Below are positions 50,390 through 63,960 of a DNA stretch of 64,000 bases, piece after piece (the first letter of the stretch is position 1; each line of letters opens with the position of its first letter). The DNA is taken from the NCBI RefSeq assembly GCF_036365525.1, contig NC_090377.1, positions 97,085,141-97,149,140 of the forward strand. The letters are read 5' to 3'. The stretch comes from Heterodontus francisci. Lineage: Eukaryota. The position numbers were made by a program, and so were the translations under genes. The notes under the pieces are model-generated. The model was not told the DNA's origin. It saw nothing but the letters and a program-made list of their open reading frames with translations, and searched no databases.

Positions 50390-51650
50390 CACGGACCCAT
50401 TATGGCACAAGAGGAGGTCATTTGGCCCATCAAGTCCATGCTGGCTCTCCATGCAGCTATCCAGTCAGTCCTACTCCCCCACTTGATCCTCATAGCCCTA
50501 CATGTTTATTTCCTTCAAGTGGCCATCCAATTTCCTCAAAGTCATTAATTTTCTCTGCTTCCACCACCCTTGTGGGCAGCGAGTTCTGGTCATTACCATC
50601 CAATGCATAAAAAAGCGTTTCCTCATATTCCCCCTGCATCACTTGTACAAAACCTTCAATCTGTGGCCCCTAGTCCTTGTGTTAATGGGAAGTTTTTCCT
50701 TGTCTAACTTATCAAAACTTGTCATAATCCTGTACACCTCTTATTAAATCTCCCCTCAATCTCTTTTGCTCTAAGGAGAACAATCCCAGCTTTTCCAACC
50801 TAACCTTGTCACTAAAATCCCCCATCCCTGGAACCATTCTGATAAATCTCCTTTGCACCCTCTCAAGGGCCCTCACATCCTTCTTAAAGTATAGTGACCA
50901 GAAATGGACGCAGTACTCTAGTTGGGGCTAACCAGGGCTTTATAAAAGGTTCAGCATAAATTCCCTGCTTTTGTACTCAATGCCTTAAGTTTGTGAAGCC
51001 CAAGATCCCATATACTTTCCTAACCACTCTCTCAACATGTCCTGCCACCTTCAAAGGTCGATGCACATGCACCCCCGGGTCCCTCTGTTCCTGTACATGC
51101 TTAACTGTGCCATTAAGTACATATTGCCTCTCCCTATTCCTTCTGCCAAAATGCATCACCTCACTTGTCAGTATTAAATTCCATCTGCCTGCCCATTCTG
51201 CTAGCCTATCTATGCCCTGTTGCAGGCGATTCATATCATCCTCATTGTTTGCCGCACCTCCAAGTTTGGCGTCAACAGCAAATTTTGAAATTCAACTCTG
51301 TATTCCAAGATCCAAGTCGTTTATATATAGCAAAAAAAAAGCAGTGACCCCAGAACTGACCCTTGCGGAATACCACTGTCTACAATCCTCCAGTCTGAAA
51401 AACAACCATTTACTACGACTTGCTGTTTTCTGTCCTTAAGCCAGTTTAAAAAAAAAATTGAATTAGACACCGACCCTCAATAATTGTTAATCAGCCTCTT
51501 ATGTGATACCTTATCAACACTTACTTAAAATCTATATAAACAACATCCATTGCATCCCTTCATCGACCTTCTCTGTTACTTCATCAAAAAATTCAATTAA
51601 ATTAGTCAAGCATGATCTCCCTTTTACAAATCAATGCTGGCTCTCAGTGA
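50390..51650 (-). mobile_element. 5'-truncated CR1
   Basis: LQQGIDRLAEWAGRW...EVMHFGR, CR1 tail. Confidence 0.82.
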
Positions 51651-52401
51651 CATTGCTATATATGAGCCCCGTGCCGGAGTTTACTTAGTTTTCTTTCCCT
51701 TGTCATCAACTTCATCAGAAATTTGTGCCTTGCTTTGAATCCACAAACGTAACAGATAAAACAAAGTCCCAAAAACACAATACAAGCACATTGCCTATCA
51801 GTCTGACTGACCAAACCATTCAAGGAAAACTTCAAGGTTATGAATTAACATACCCCATAGACAACAAAGTCTTGGTACAGGACACAAATGCAGCCACAAG
51901 GATTTTAGTGTGGTTATTCGCCCCCTACAAAAATGTGTAGGCGACTGTTATGATAAACATTCATGCATGTATTTATTTTGTACCAAAGAATTTGAGTGTC
52001 AGCATTAAAGACACATAGTTGAAACCAAATCTGTCTGAAAGCACGTGAGAGGATAGCCCTGCCAAATGTGTCCTAGGGTAGATATGCTCTCTCTTTTGGA
52101 ATCATTGAATTTCGCCAAATCAGCCAAACATTGTGGATACCAATATCAGTTTTCAGCGCTCACTAAAGCTAATTGGTGAGAAAATGGGATATTGATCCAG
52201 GACTGGAGTATGCCACTTGAGCTCATTCTCTAGAGTGTAGGTGTATTTGTACTTAGCAATATATTTAATAGCTATCTGCACACCTAAGTTTAATGTTCAG
52301 ATAGTAAAGATAGTAAAAACTTATGGAAAAAGCAAAATGGTAGAAATGTAGATTATTGCAGACAGCACTTTTCAATTATGTGTTACTTGAAACACAAATA
52401 C

Positions 52402-52484
52402 CTGAGCAATTTCTTCTGGGGTTGTAACTGGTTTGGACATTTTTTTCAGCTCACCAATTACAGTATCAACAGCCAGCATTACAC
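52402..52484 (-). CDS. HSPD1: HSPD1 exon 4
   Basis: (G)[27 protein letters not shown]; 83 bp. Confidence 0.98.
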
Positions 52485-52559
52485 CTACAGAAAGGAAGAA
52501 GTTAAAATTAGCAAGCGCATCAAAATTGTTAGTGGTTTTCCAATTTATCCCCAGAAACA

Positions 52560-53390
52560 AAAAAAAAAAATAGGAACACAGGAGCAGGAGCCCGCCAAGC
52601 CTGCTCTGCCATTCAATTAGACCATGGCTAATCATTTATCTCAATTCTACTTTCCCGCGCTATCGCTATATCCCTTGATGTCATTAGTATCCTATCTATC
52701 GAATTCTGTCTTGAACATGTTCAAAGATTGAGCTTCCACAGCCCTCTGGGGTAGAGAATTCCAAAGATTCACCGCCCTCTGAGTAAACAAATTCCTCCTC
52801 ATCTCAGTCTTAAATGGCCTACTCCTTATTCTGAGATTATGGTTCTAGACTCACCAGCCAGAGGAAACATCCTATCTACATCAACCCTGTCATGCCCTGT
52901 AAGCATTTTCTAAGTTTCAATGAAATCACCTCTCATTCTTCCAAACTCTAGAGAATACAGACCCAGTTTCCTCAATCTCTGCTCATAAGATAATTCCACC
53001 ATCCCAGTGATTAGTCTGGTGAACCTTCAGTGCACTCCCTCTATGGCAAGTATATCCTTCCTTAGATAAGGAGACCAAACCTGTACACTATACTCCAGGT
53101 GCGGTCTCACCAAGGTTCTATACGATTGCAGAAAGACTTCTTTACTCCTGTACTCAAAACACCTTGCAATGAAGATCAACATACCATTTGCCTTCCTAAT
53201 TGCTTTTTTTTTAAATTGCTTGCTGCACCTGCATACTAGCTTTTAGTGGGCAAGAACATCCAGGTCCCTTTGGACATCAACACTTCTCAACCTCTCACCA
53301 TTTAAGAAATACTCTGCTTTTTTCTACCAAAGTGGATCACCTCACACATTCACATTATATTCCATCAGTCATATACTCGTCTATTCACTT
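52560..53390 (-). mobile_element. CR1 3' fragment
   Basis: Aligns with 16250-17090. Confidence 0.82.
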
Positions 53391-53595
53391 ACATCACAAA
53401 TATGTTTAAAAGTCTGTCAGCTGAATTTTTCAAAGAAGTTACAATTTGCAAAAATTCAAATGCAAACTCAATGTTACAAATTTGCACACAGTCTTACCTA
53501 GTTCTGGACATTAAATAGGCAACTTTCTCATAGGAGTTCTTTTGGAAAAAAATAAATATAAGCAGCATGCTAACTGGTACAAGATCAGCATGCAA

Positions 53596-56500
53596 GACGA
53601 GGTGGTGGCATAGTGGTATTATCATTGGGCTAGAAACCCAGAGACCCAGGGTATTGCTCTGGCGACATGGGTTCGAATCCCACCACAGCAGAAGGTGGAA
53701 TTTGAATTCAATTAATAAATCTGGAATTAAAAAAGCTAGTCTAATGATGGCCATGAAACCATTGTCGATTGTTGTAAAAACCCATCTGGTTCACTAATGT
53801 CCTTTAGGGAAGGAAATCTGCTGTCCTTACCTGGTCTGGCCTACATGTGACTCCAGACCCACAGCAATGTGGTTAACTCTTACATGCCCTCTGAAATGGT
53901 CTAGCAAGCCACTCAGTTGTATCTAACTGTTACGAAGTCAATAAAAAGGAATGAAACCAGATGGACCACCCGGCATCGACCTAGGCACTGGATACAACAT
54001 GGCAAACCCAGCCCTGTCGACCCTGCAAAGTCCTCCTTACTAACATCTGGGGGCTTGTGCCAAAGTTGGGAGAGCTGTCCCACAGACTAGCCAAGCAACA
54101 GCCTGACATAGTCATACTCATGGAATCATACCTTACAGACAATGTCCCAGACACCACCATCACCATGTATATCCTGTCAAACCGGCAGGACAGACCCAGC
54201 AGAGGTGGTGGCACAGTGGTATACAGTGGGAAGGGAGTTGCCCTGGGAGTTCTCAACATCGACTCCGGACCCCATGAAGTCTCATGGCATCAGGTCAAAC
54301 ATGGGCAAGGAAACCTCCTGCTGATCACCATTTACCAACCCACCACCCCGCCAGCCGATGAGTCAGTACTCCACCATGTTGAACACCACATGGAGGAGCA
54401 CTGAGGGCGGTAAGGGGGCAGAATGTACTCTGGGTGGGGGATCTCAATGTCCATCACCAAGAGTAGTTCGGCAGCACCAGTACTGGCCGAGTCCTAAAGG
54501 ACAAGCTGCTAGACTGGGTCTTCAACAGGTGGTGAGGGAACCAACAAGAGGGAAAAACATACTTGACCTCATCCTCACTAATATGCCTGCCGCAGATGCA
54601 CCTGTCCATGACAGTATTGGTAGCAGTGACCACCGCACAGTCCTTGTGGAGACAATGTCCCGTCTTCCCATTGAGGATTCTGTCCATTGTTTTGTGTGGC
54701 ACTATCACCGTGCTAAATGGGATAGATTTTGAACAGATCTAGCAATGCAAAACTGGGCATCCATGAGGCGCTGTGGACCATCAACAGCAGCAGAATTGTA
54801 ATCAACCACAATCTGTAACCTCATGGCCCGGCATATCCCCCACTCTACCATTATCATCAAGCCAGGAGACCAACCCTGGGTCAATGAAGAGTGCAGGAGG
54901 GCATGCCTGGAGCAGAACCAGGCATACCTCAAAATGACGTGTCAACCTGGTGAAGCTACAACACAGGACTACTTACGCGCCAAACTGCGTAAGCAGCATG
55001 CAATAGACAGAACTAAGCGATCCCATAACCAACAGATCAGATCTAAGCTCTGCAGTCCTGCCACATTCAGCCATGAATGATGGTGGACACAAACAACTAA
55101 CTGGAGGTGGCGTCTCCACAAATATCCCCATCCTCAATGATGGGGAAGCCCAGCATATCAATGTGAAATATAAGGCTGAAGCAATTGCAACAATCTTCAG
55201 CCAGAAGTGCCAAGTTGATGATCCATCTCGCTCTCCTCCTGAAGTCCCCAGCATCATAAATGCCAGACTTCAGCAAATTTGATTCGCCCTGCGTGATATC
55301 AAGAAACGACGGAAGACACTGGATACTGCAAAGGCTATGGGCCCGGACAATATTCCGACAATAGTACTGAAGACCTGTGCTGCAGAACTTGCTGCGCCCC
55401 TAGCCAAGCTGTTCCAGTACACAAAAAGCAGGACAAGTCCAACCCAGCCAATTACCGCCCCATCAGCCTACTCTCAATCATCAGTAAAGTGATGGAAGGT
55501 GTCATCAACAGTGCCATCAAGCAGCACTTGCTGAGCAATAACCTGCTCAGTGACGCTCAGTTTGGGTTCCGCCAGGGCCACTCAGCTCCTGACCTCATCA
55601 CAGCCTTGGTTCAAACACAGACAAAACAGCTGAATTCAAGAGGTTAGGTGAGAGTGACTGCCCCTGACATCAAGGCAGCATTTAACCGAGTATGGCATCA
55701 AGGATCCCTAGCAAAACTGGAGTCAATGGGAATCAGGGGGAAAACTCTCTGCTGGTTGGAGTCATACCTAGCGCAAAAGAAGATGGTTGTGGTTGTTGGA
55801 GGTCAATCATCTGAGCTCCAGGCCATCATTGCAGGAGTTCCTCAGGGTAGTGTCCTAGGCCCAACCATCTTCAGCTGCTTCATCAATGACCTTCCTTCAA
55901 TCATAAGGTCAGAAGTGGGGATGATTGCACAATGTTCAGCACCATTCACGGTTCCTCAGATACTGAACCAGTCCGTGCAGAAATGGATCAAAACCTGGAC
56001 AATATCCAGGCTTGGGCTGATAAGTGGCAAGTAACATTCGCGCCACACAAATGCCAGGTAATGATCATCTCCAACAAGAGAGAATCGAACCATCTCCCCT
56101 TGACATTCAATGGCATTACCCATCGCTGAATCCCCAACTATCCGCATCCTATGGGCTACCATTGACCAGAAACTGAACTGGAGTAGCCGTATAAATATCA
56201 TGGCTACAAGATTAGGTCAGAGGCTAGGAATCCTGCGGCAAGTAACTCACCTCCTGACTCCCCAAAGCCTGCCCAACATCTACAAGGTACAAGTCAGGAG
56301 TGTGATGGAGTACTCTCCACTTGTCTAGATGGGTGCAGCTCCAACAACACTCAAGAGGTTCGACACCCTCCAGGACAAAGCAGCCCGCTTGATTGGCGCT
56401 CCATCCACAAACATTCACTCCCTCCACCACCGACGCACAGTGGCAGCAGTGTGTACCATCCACAAGATGCACTGCAGCAATGCACCAATGCTCCTTAGAC

Positions 56501-56762
56501 AGCACCTTCCAAACCCTCTACCAACTAGAAGGACAAGGGCAAATTCCCCTCCAAGTCACACACCATCCTGACTTGGAACTATATCGCCGTTCCTTCAGTC
56601 GCTGGGTCAAAATCCTGGAACTCCCTTCCTAACAGCTCTGTGGGTGTACCTACCCCACATGGACTGCAGCGGTTCAAGAAGGCAGCTTGCCACCACCTTC
56701 TCAAGGGCAATAAATGCTGGCCTAGCCAGTGACGCCCACATCCCAGGAATGAATAAAAAAAA
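53596..56762 (+). mobile_element. Full-length-looking single-ORF LINE (APE + RT, CR1/L2 group) with a tRNA-derived 5' head; disrupted
   Basis: A box TGGCATAGTGG 53606-53616, B box GGTTCGAATCC 53670-53680; APE (PDIVILMESYL, LDLILTN, SSDHRTV) from about 54030; RT (DIKAAFNRVWH, GVPQGSVLGP); poly-A end. Confidence 0.85.
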
Positions 56763-57369
56763 TTGATCCAATTATACCGATTCCTTGCGATTAGTTCCCT
56801 TGCTTATGTAGACTGCTGACCCATTATCTATTTTTCTTAACAAAAATAATTGACACTCAGGATATCAATCTTTTTGGAATTGCAATTTTCCCACTATGAC
56901 TCTGCATGTATAGTTCTTTATTTGGCTCTACACCTTGTCCTTATATTTTTTCCAAACACGACAACACATCATTTTCTGTTATCAGGTCACTTGATAGCAA
57001 ACAACTAGTGCTGATCTTTATAATGGAATTTCAGAAAGGCAAGTGCTCTGGAAATGTCTTCTTGCAAAGGTAGTAGACAAGTTCACTTTAGCTTCAGAGT
57101 TTTGTTTAATTTCCCAGTAATTTTTAAAAAGCATTTTATTTTGATCAATCTTGGTCAATTTTCACTTATTTCATTCCTTACATCAGATATACTCAATTTG
57201 AGATACTTCAATTTTTAAACTCAAAATTCACCATTTTACTGTATTATTTATGGAGCTTAATTTAAAGTACTACATAATATTTTTTTTTAAAAACAGAGCC
57301 AGGAATTAAATGTCAGGGTAAGATGATTTTCAGCTGATTTTTAAGCAAAATATAAAATTGATTCCTCCC

Positions 57370-58680
57370 CCCCCCCGGATCTATCCTTGGCGCCCTCCTA
57401 TTTCTCATCTACATGCTGCCCCTCGGCAACATCATTCGAAAGTACGTTAATTTTCACATGTACGTGGACGACATTCAGCTCTACCTCAACACTTCTCTCG
57501 ACTCCTCCACTGTTGCTAAGTTATCATATTGCTTGTCTGATATCCAGTAATGGATGAGCAGAAATTTCCTCCAACTACATATTGGGAAGACTGAAGCCAT
57601 TGTTTTTGGTCCCCACTCCAAACTCCGTTCCCTAGTTGCCGTGTCCATCCCTCTCCCTGAGAACAGTCTGAGATTAAGCCAGGTCTGTTTGCACCCTTGG
57701 TGTCACATTTGATCCTGAGATGAGCTTCTGACCTCATATTCGTGCTATCACTAAGACCGCCTATTTTAACCTCCATAACATGGCTCAACTTCACCCCTAT
57801 CTCAGCTCATCTGCTGCTTAAACCCTCACTCATGCCTTTGTTACCTCTAGACTTGACTATTCCAATGCACTTCTGGCTGGTTTCCCACCTTCTACCCTCC
57901 CTAATCTTGAGGTCATCCAATACTCTGCTGCCCGTGTCTTGACTCGCAACAAGACCCGTCTCCCATCACCCCTGTACTCACTGACCTACATTGGCTCCCA
58001 GCAAGAGGCCTGCTACCCAACCTGAACCTGAAGACATGTGTCGGGCCGGATTGGACACGCTCTATCACCACTTCAGGTAAGTGGCTTTAATGTTAATTTA
58101 CTTTTTGGACTTTAAAGGTGGTTTTGTTAGTTATTTTAAGCTTGTGCAGGTAAGGAACAAAGTGAAAAACAAAAGGTAGGTTAACTGACGGTCGGGTCGG
58201 GCGCAGGAAAAAATGGAAGGATTCAGGCCAGGTCGGGCTCGGATGGTTCTGTCCGGCTCGGGTCGGGTCTCATTTGCAGACCCGAGCAGGCCTTTAGCTC
58301 CCAGTCAAGCAACAAGCTGATTTTAAAATTCTCATCTTTGTTTTTAAATCCCTCCATGACCTCGCCCCTCCCTATCTTATAATCTGCTCCAGCCCCAAAA
58401 CCCTCCAAGATATCTGTGCTCCCCTAATTCTGGCATCTTGTGCATCCCTGATTTTAATCGCTCCACCATTGGTGGCCACGCCTTCAGTTGCCTTGGTCCC
58501 AAGCTCTGGAATACCCTCCCTACACCTCTCTGACTCTCCACTTTGCTTTTCTCCTTTATGGCACTCCTTAAAACCCTTTTGACCATCGGACCTGATACCT
58601 CCTTATGGCTCAGTGTCGTACTTTGTTTTATAATGTTCCTGTAAAGCACCACGGAACATTTTATTACGTTAAAGACGCTA
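57370..58680 (+). mobile_element. L2-like LINE 3' part
   Basis: cacatgtacgtggacgacattcagctctac ([12 protein letters not shown] motif), ctagacttgactattccaatg (RLDYSN), L2-type tail. Confidence 0.8.
58002..58296. mobile_element. hAT-type MITE nested in L2-like element
   Basis: TIR AGGCCTGCT / AGCAGGCCT; exact 8-bp TSD GCTCCCAG (57994-58001 / 58297-58304); subterminal GGGTC repeats. Confidence 0.85.
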
Positions 58681-60761
58681 CAGAAATTGTTATTATTATT
58701 ATTATAAGTTACTATAAAAGGGTTCCCTGGCTATTTCAGTAGGAAGTGGTAACAGTACCTTGCAGTAACCCATTCTAATCACTAGATGATGCTACAGAAA
58801 AAAATTTCTGCTGCAGCACCACTCAATGGCCAGAATTCCTGCTCCAATCCTCGTTTAGAAATTGCTTATTAGTTAAAAAGCAACTCAAAACGGCACGTTT
58901 GTGACTGACACAAGATTTTACAGAAAAATGTAGCGTGTGCCCTGCCCATAATATAGTGGAAGGATAATTTTAAATTGGTGTGGAGAACACTTAAATTTGA
59001 ATTCAATATATTTGAATGTGAATGCAAACAGCAAGGATTGGATCAGTTCCAACAGCTGTTGCAAAGGGAATCTAAAAACAATCAACCAGCTTTTGAAATG
59101 AACTGCAGAAATTTAGATGTGAAATAACTGCTTTTGCAAGAACTTCATATTTTACATTAAAAACTAATACTTTTCCCACATCCCCTCCAGGGTACAGTCA
59201 GATGGGCACCAGCACCCATATAAAAATCAAGACTGCTACCGAAGCTGAAAGCAGTCTGAATTTGTGGTAAAATCTGAGCATGGATAAAAAACTGGAAGGG
59301 GAAAAAAGTGGCAGGTACTTGTTGATGAGTGATGTCAGGTGGGTGAGGAAAGGGAATACAACCAAGTTCAGTCATCTAGAATTTTGTGCTGCGGGCCCCT
59401 TACTGCTTCTAATCTGCATTAATGTGTAATTAAATCGAGTCCACAGACTGATACTCAACAAGGGAGTTGCTGAGATGAACAAAGAAAACAGTGACCAACA
59501 AAAGCAGTTTTGATAAATTAACTGAACAAATCAATGGCAGACGGAATTCAAGACTTAAGTCCAAGAAGCTGCATGGTGACAAGATAAATGTCGCAAGCAT
59601 TCTATGAACGGTGCAAATCAGTTCAGAAAAAACTGAATTAGCACGGTAACAGTTTCAGCACAGAACACCAAATCACTGCAACGCAGCAATTCAAGTGATA
59701 AACGTTTAGTTATATTGTAGGATGAAATGCGTAATTAGTCAGGAGATGTCATGCTAAAACTGTACAATTCCCTGTTGAGTGTACCGTGTTCAATTTTTGT
59801 TGTCAAGGTATAGAGAAAAAATTTCAAGCATGGAGGCAGCAGAGGAGAGTCACGGACCTGATTTCTGGTGTCAAAGGATCGGGTTACAAGGAAAAAAAAG
59901 CCTGAAGAATTTGGGCTTTTAATCTAAAGTGCTACTTATCAACAGCCGCAATAGTCTTCTGGATAGGCAGTGCAAGGAAATACTGTAAGGCTTGTTCGAG
60001 AATGAGTTAAATGTTTGGTTGGGGGTGGGTGGAAAAAGAGAAAATGAACAGAATGTAGATATTGTATTCTGGACAGAAGGGCCAAGAGCTATAAAGCCAT
60101 ATCCATCTTGTAAAGTGGCCATTCATGTGTGGATTCAGTAAAACAGCATCACAGCCAAGCATATCCTGTTCAACAGCCACCTATACATAAATCTTCCAGC
60201 AGGAGTCATTGTACAGCAGTAAGGAGCAAAACCCTGGTTCACCTCCCCACCCCCAACACTAGGGAGTACATTAGAGAAACATTACAGGCCAGTAGTAGCA
60301 CCCTCATCACCACCCAGGCTGAGATCCAACAGACTCAGCAGAGCAAGATTTTAGATATTCCTTTTGTGATGATCAGAATGGCCTTTTATAAATTAGTAAC
60401 TATTCCCCTTATCAGAATATAGGTGAATTAGATATCTTCAATACAAGACTAACACCAGTACTAGTCCAAATTAAGTACCTCTTACTCACAATAGGGAATA
60501 TGATAGTGAATGTAATACTGGACCACAATAGACTGTGCTCCAATCAACATTAGTGACCTTTTCAGAAAGGGATAACTTGAAATCAGTTGCATAATATACC
60601 ATTTTATTTTTAGTTCCTACTAGTCTATCTTCCATGATATCCCATACAAGGTTAAATGCATTATTCAGAGTAAAAAAGGCTGGAGATGAGTAGAGCGTAC
60701 GCATGCAAGACAAGACAGACAGCAAGCAAGGAAACAGCACGAGTGAACGAGAGGTGCCACC

Positions 60762-60867
60762 CAAAGTTCCCTCTAAATTTTGTTATGTGCAGCCTATTTG
60801 TTGCACTGTATGGCAAGTTTCAGATTGCTGCGCAGCCATGCACCCGCTCAGCTTAGAGGCAACATTG
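60762..60867. mobile_element. 106-bp hAT-type MITE
   Basis: TIR CAAAGTTCCCTCTAA / TTAGAGGCAACATTG; 8-bp TSD GTGCCACC / GTGCCATC. Confidence 0.85.
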
Positions 60868-61174
60868 GTGCCATCTTGTACCTGATGTGAAAGTTAAAGA
60901 TCCTGTGACAGTGTTCAAAGAGCAACAATTTCTCCTAGTGCTCTTAACTACCACCACCAAAAACAGATTAACTGGTCCTTCATTTCACTGCAATTTTTAG
61001 TACATTGCTGTGCTTATTTTAACAATTTATTTACAGACTCACAAATACTTGTTACACATGTAACATTTTATATTGAAACGTGAATTAGGATATGGTATTC
61101 AGGCTGGAAAATGCATATTTTGTTAATTATTAGAAGCATTTGGCAATCAATACAAAAAAAGTGATCAAAAACTA

Positions 61175-61429
<255 letters not shown>

Positions 61430-62582
61430 CTAGATAGAAACAGTAAACATATTGGACCACTGTTAGTTATACATGTACTAGAATCCATTTTTCAATATTT
61501 TGCTTCCCCAATACCCTGAAAGCACCAACTCTTTCTGTGGAATCGTATGGTTCCAGACTCCTTCAGCCTTCTATGACCATCACCTTGCAAAAATAGTAAC
61601 TCTTTAATGTGCAAGTCTTGAGTAAAGTCACTTTAAAATGGCGAATTCCTAATGACCAGGTCATAAATTGATTGAAAGCAATACCTAAAATAGGCTTAAA
61701 TTGACTGCACCAGGATCAACCTATCAGTGAACACACCAGTTTGCAAATAATGTAATGTTTTCAAATAATCATAATGCTGAAACCCTCAAGAGTTTGGGAT
61801 TCTTTGGCCATTTCTTTGACAGAAAAGAACTTTAAAATGTGGTTTATCGGAAAGCTTGCCCAAAAAAGGTGTTAACTGCTCAAAACTGTACCATGGGTTC
61901 TTGTCAGATGACTTTGCCTCATCTAGTGTTAACTCAGTCTGCCTTTGGATGGATTTGAAAATCCAGTTGAGATCACAAGGGAATTTTGTGGTTACACTTT
62001 TGGGTCCCTGTCCCACTACTGCACATGTATTGAGACCAATGGAAGTCAACATCCATTGAGACACAGGTGCTCAGAGGGAATAATTGAAACCAAAACACAA
62101 ATTCATAATATCCCCACTTCCTCAGGGTGAGCAGGCTGCACTTTTTACAGATAGGGCAAGCTCTTGGTGTATGCACATGGCTGTAACTGGGCCAAAGATT
62201 AACACTGCTATCCTGGAATATCCTCAAGGGGCATCCTGTTAAGCAGTTCAGAATAAATATCATTTGTGTTATTGCTTAGCCTTGGGACCTTGAAAGGTAT
62301 GGTTTGAAATTTGTGTTTTGGAACGGATACCATAAGCTCAAAGATGGCCACAGAAAGGATATTGCTGACCCAAAGCTTGGGACCAGGTCTATGCAACTTC
62401 CAACAGGGCAGACTCATGCCGATCTACTGTATTGAAGAATGTAACAATGTTGCAGCTTCAAACTGTGGCAAAGAACATTTTTGAAGGTTCTCAAATGTCA
62501 GCATAAATGTAATGGAATATTTCTATAATAGCAAACCATTTAGTTCCAACCCGTTAAAGGACATAGCAGAACGCTGACCTAC

Positions 62583-62756
62583 CTTTGGTCCCATAGTAAC
62601 AGCTACAGCATCGGCTAGAAGATCGACACCTTTCAGCATCAGAGCCCGGGCTTCGGATCCGAATTTCACATCCTTGGCGTAGGCTCGGGTGAGATGAGGT
62701 GCAAGTAGACGAGATACAGGTCTCACTTGGCGCAAAACAGTTGGTAAACGGAGCAT
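62583..62756 (-). CDS. HSPD1: HSPD1 first coding exon (exon 2), mitochondrial presequence and mature N-terminus of Hsp60
   Basis: cag|ATA ATG; [58 protein letters not shown]; 174 bp. Spliced CDS 1725 bp = 574 aa. Confidence 0.98.
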
Positions 62757-63503
62757 TATCTGCAACGAGAAAATACTGGCAAACTTTTTTTTTTCCAAAT
62801 TATACTTCATAAAATGTGTTTAAAAATACATTACATAAAAGTACAAACTTGACATTATATACAGTTCAATACAGATCAGTTTTTTTTTCAATACAACTTT
62901 TCAACTATATATTAATGTAGAAGAGGCTGCTATGAAATCAGGAGCGTGGGCCTCCCCACATGTCGCAAGGGGACACGCATCACAAGGTCAACTCAATGTA
63001 GTGCAACATTCCGCAAAATAACGGAGAATGCAAAAAAAAAGCTAATAAGAATGTGACTAAAATCATATAAGAAAACATCTACGTTTGCAAATAAGACGTG
63101 CCCGCCTAAAACGAGCAACGAACCCTGGTTCCTACATTTCATTCATTGTCGCATTTCATTAACATAGAAAGAGACGCAAGTATTTTGCAAAATGATTTAA
63201 AAACGTTTTTAACAGTTATTTGCCAAACCGATTTGCAAACGATCGTACTTACTGATTTATTTATTTAAAAAGAAAACAAAAGAAGTTAATAAAACAGTTA
63301 CAGCCCTGCCGCGAGATTGGTTCTGTGGCTGCGCATAAACTGCACGATCCCAGGACTGGGACTGCGTCTCTCTCCCTCTGCAGGAACACGTGGGCTTCAG
63401 CCCAGGGAACTCGCCGCCGCCCCGCACCCTGTATACTTAACAATCAGCCTTTCTCAGCCACGGCTACTGACAGGATTTCACCGACAAATACCAGTCCACT
63501 CAC

Positions 63504-63575
63504 TGCAATCAACCGATGTCAGAACTCCAGCGGTAATGCAGCTGTACAATTCCGCCTGTCGCTAAAACGGGAGCT
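63504..63575 (-). other. HSPD1: Probable non-coding exon 1 of HSPD1 (5' end approximate)
   Basis: Exon 2 has an acceptor 3 nt before the ATG, so an upstream exon is needed. GCA|GTGAGT donor on - at 63504/63503; the ATG-free segment starts about 40 nt downstream of a heat-shock element. Confidence 0.55.
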
Positions 63576-63880
63576 AGCACCAGCCCATATGCTAGTTCAG
63601 GGGTTCGATTTCCAGAAACTTCCAGACGCCGAAACGGAGGCGAGGTCAAAGTGCACATTATCTAACCTTATGATTGTGCAATAATTTTAATTGTGTATTT
63701 CCTCCCTTAAATTGCAATTAAAAAGCATATCGATTGCTGTGGATATAAAATGCAGCGAGGCTGCTGCTCGGAGGTGAATTTGTATTTTATAATTAGAATG
63801 CGAATGTTAACGAAATGTAACATTTCCTGACGTTCGAGGTCACGTCGCCGGGTTCGAAGGTCCTTCCTCACGTGGGGAGG
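63576..63880. promoter_or_regulatory. HSPD1/HSPE1 bidirectional promoter
   Basis: Lies between the divergent first exons; contains HSE 63609-63628, C/EBP-type ATTGTGCAAT 63673-63682 and E-box CACGTG 63869-63874. Head-to-head Hsp60/Hsp10 organisation is established in vertebrates. Confidence 0.75.
63609..63628. promoter_or_regulatory. Heat-shock element (HSF site)
   Basis: tTTCcaGAAacTTCcaGAcg: three perfect alternating nGAAn units plus a fourth imperfect one. Confidence 0.85.
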
Positions 63881-63957
63881 CTCCATCGTCACTACTATTG
63901 CAGGAGGGCTGTAGAGAGTCCTTTTTGTTCGAGTACTTTCTATAAGCGATAGCAGGC

Positions 63958-63960
63958 ATG
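63958..63960 (+). CDS. HSPE1: HSPE1 (Hsp10) exon 1 coding part: initiator ATG only; rest of the gene is outside the window
   Basis: GGC ATG|GTAAGT consensus donor directly after an ATG, divergent from HSPD1. Mammalian HSPE1 exon 1 likewise contributes only the ATG. Identity is inferred from synteny and structure, not protein sequence. Confidence 0.75.

Noticed and set aside
53596-53690. tRNA gene
   Set aside because: A and B boxes are present but I could not fold a cloverleaf, there is no T-run terminator, and it runs into retroelement sequence. The same applies to the SINE heads at about 10060-10112, 29640 and 44800.
61790-62420. Overlapping short minus-strand ORFs in HSPD1 intron 2 (RACPICKKC, PRLSNNTNDI)
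   Set aside because: Stops in all frames; at most a very old Tx1/L1-like C-terminal remnant. Too weak to call without a TBLASTX or HMM search.
63247-63254. Alternative HSPD1 exon-1 donor (CA|GTAAGT on -)
   Set aside because: The would-be exon end is AT-rich and far from the HSE; the donor at 63503 fits better, though neither is proven.
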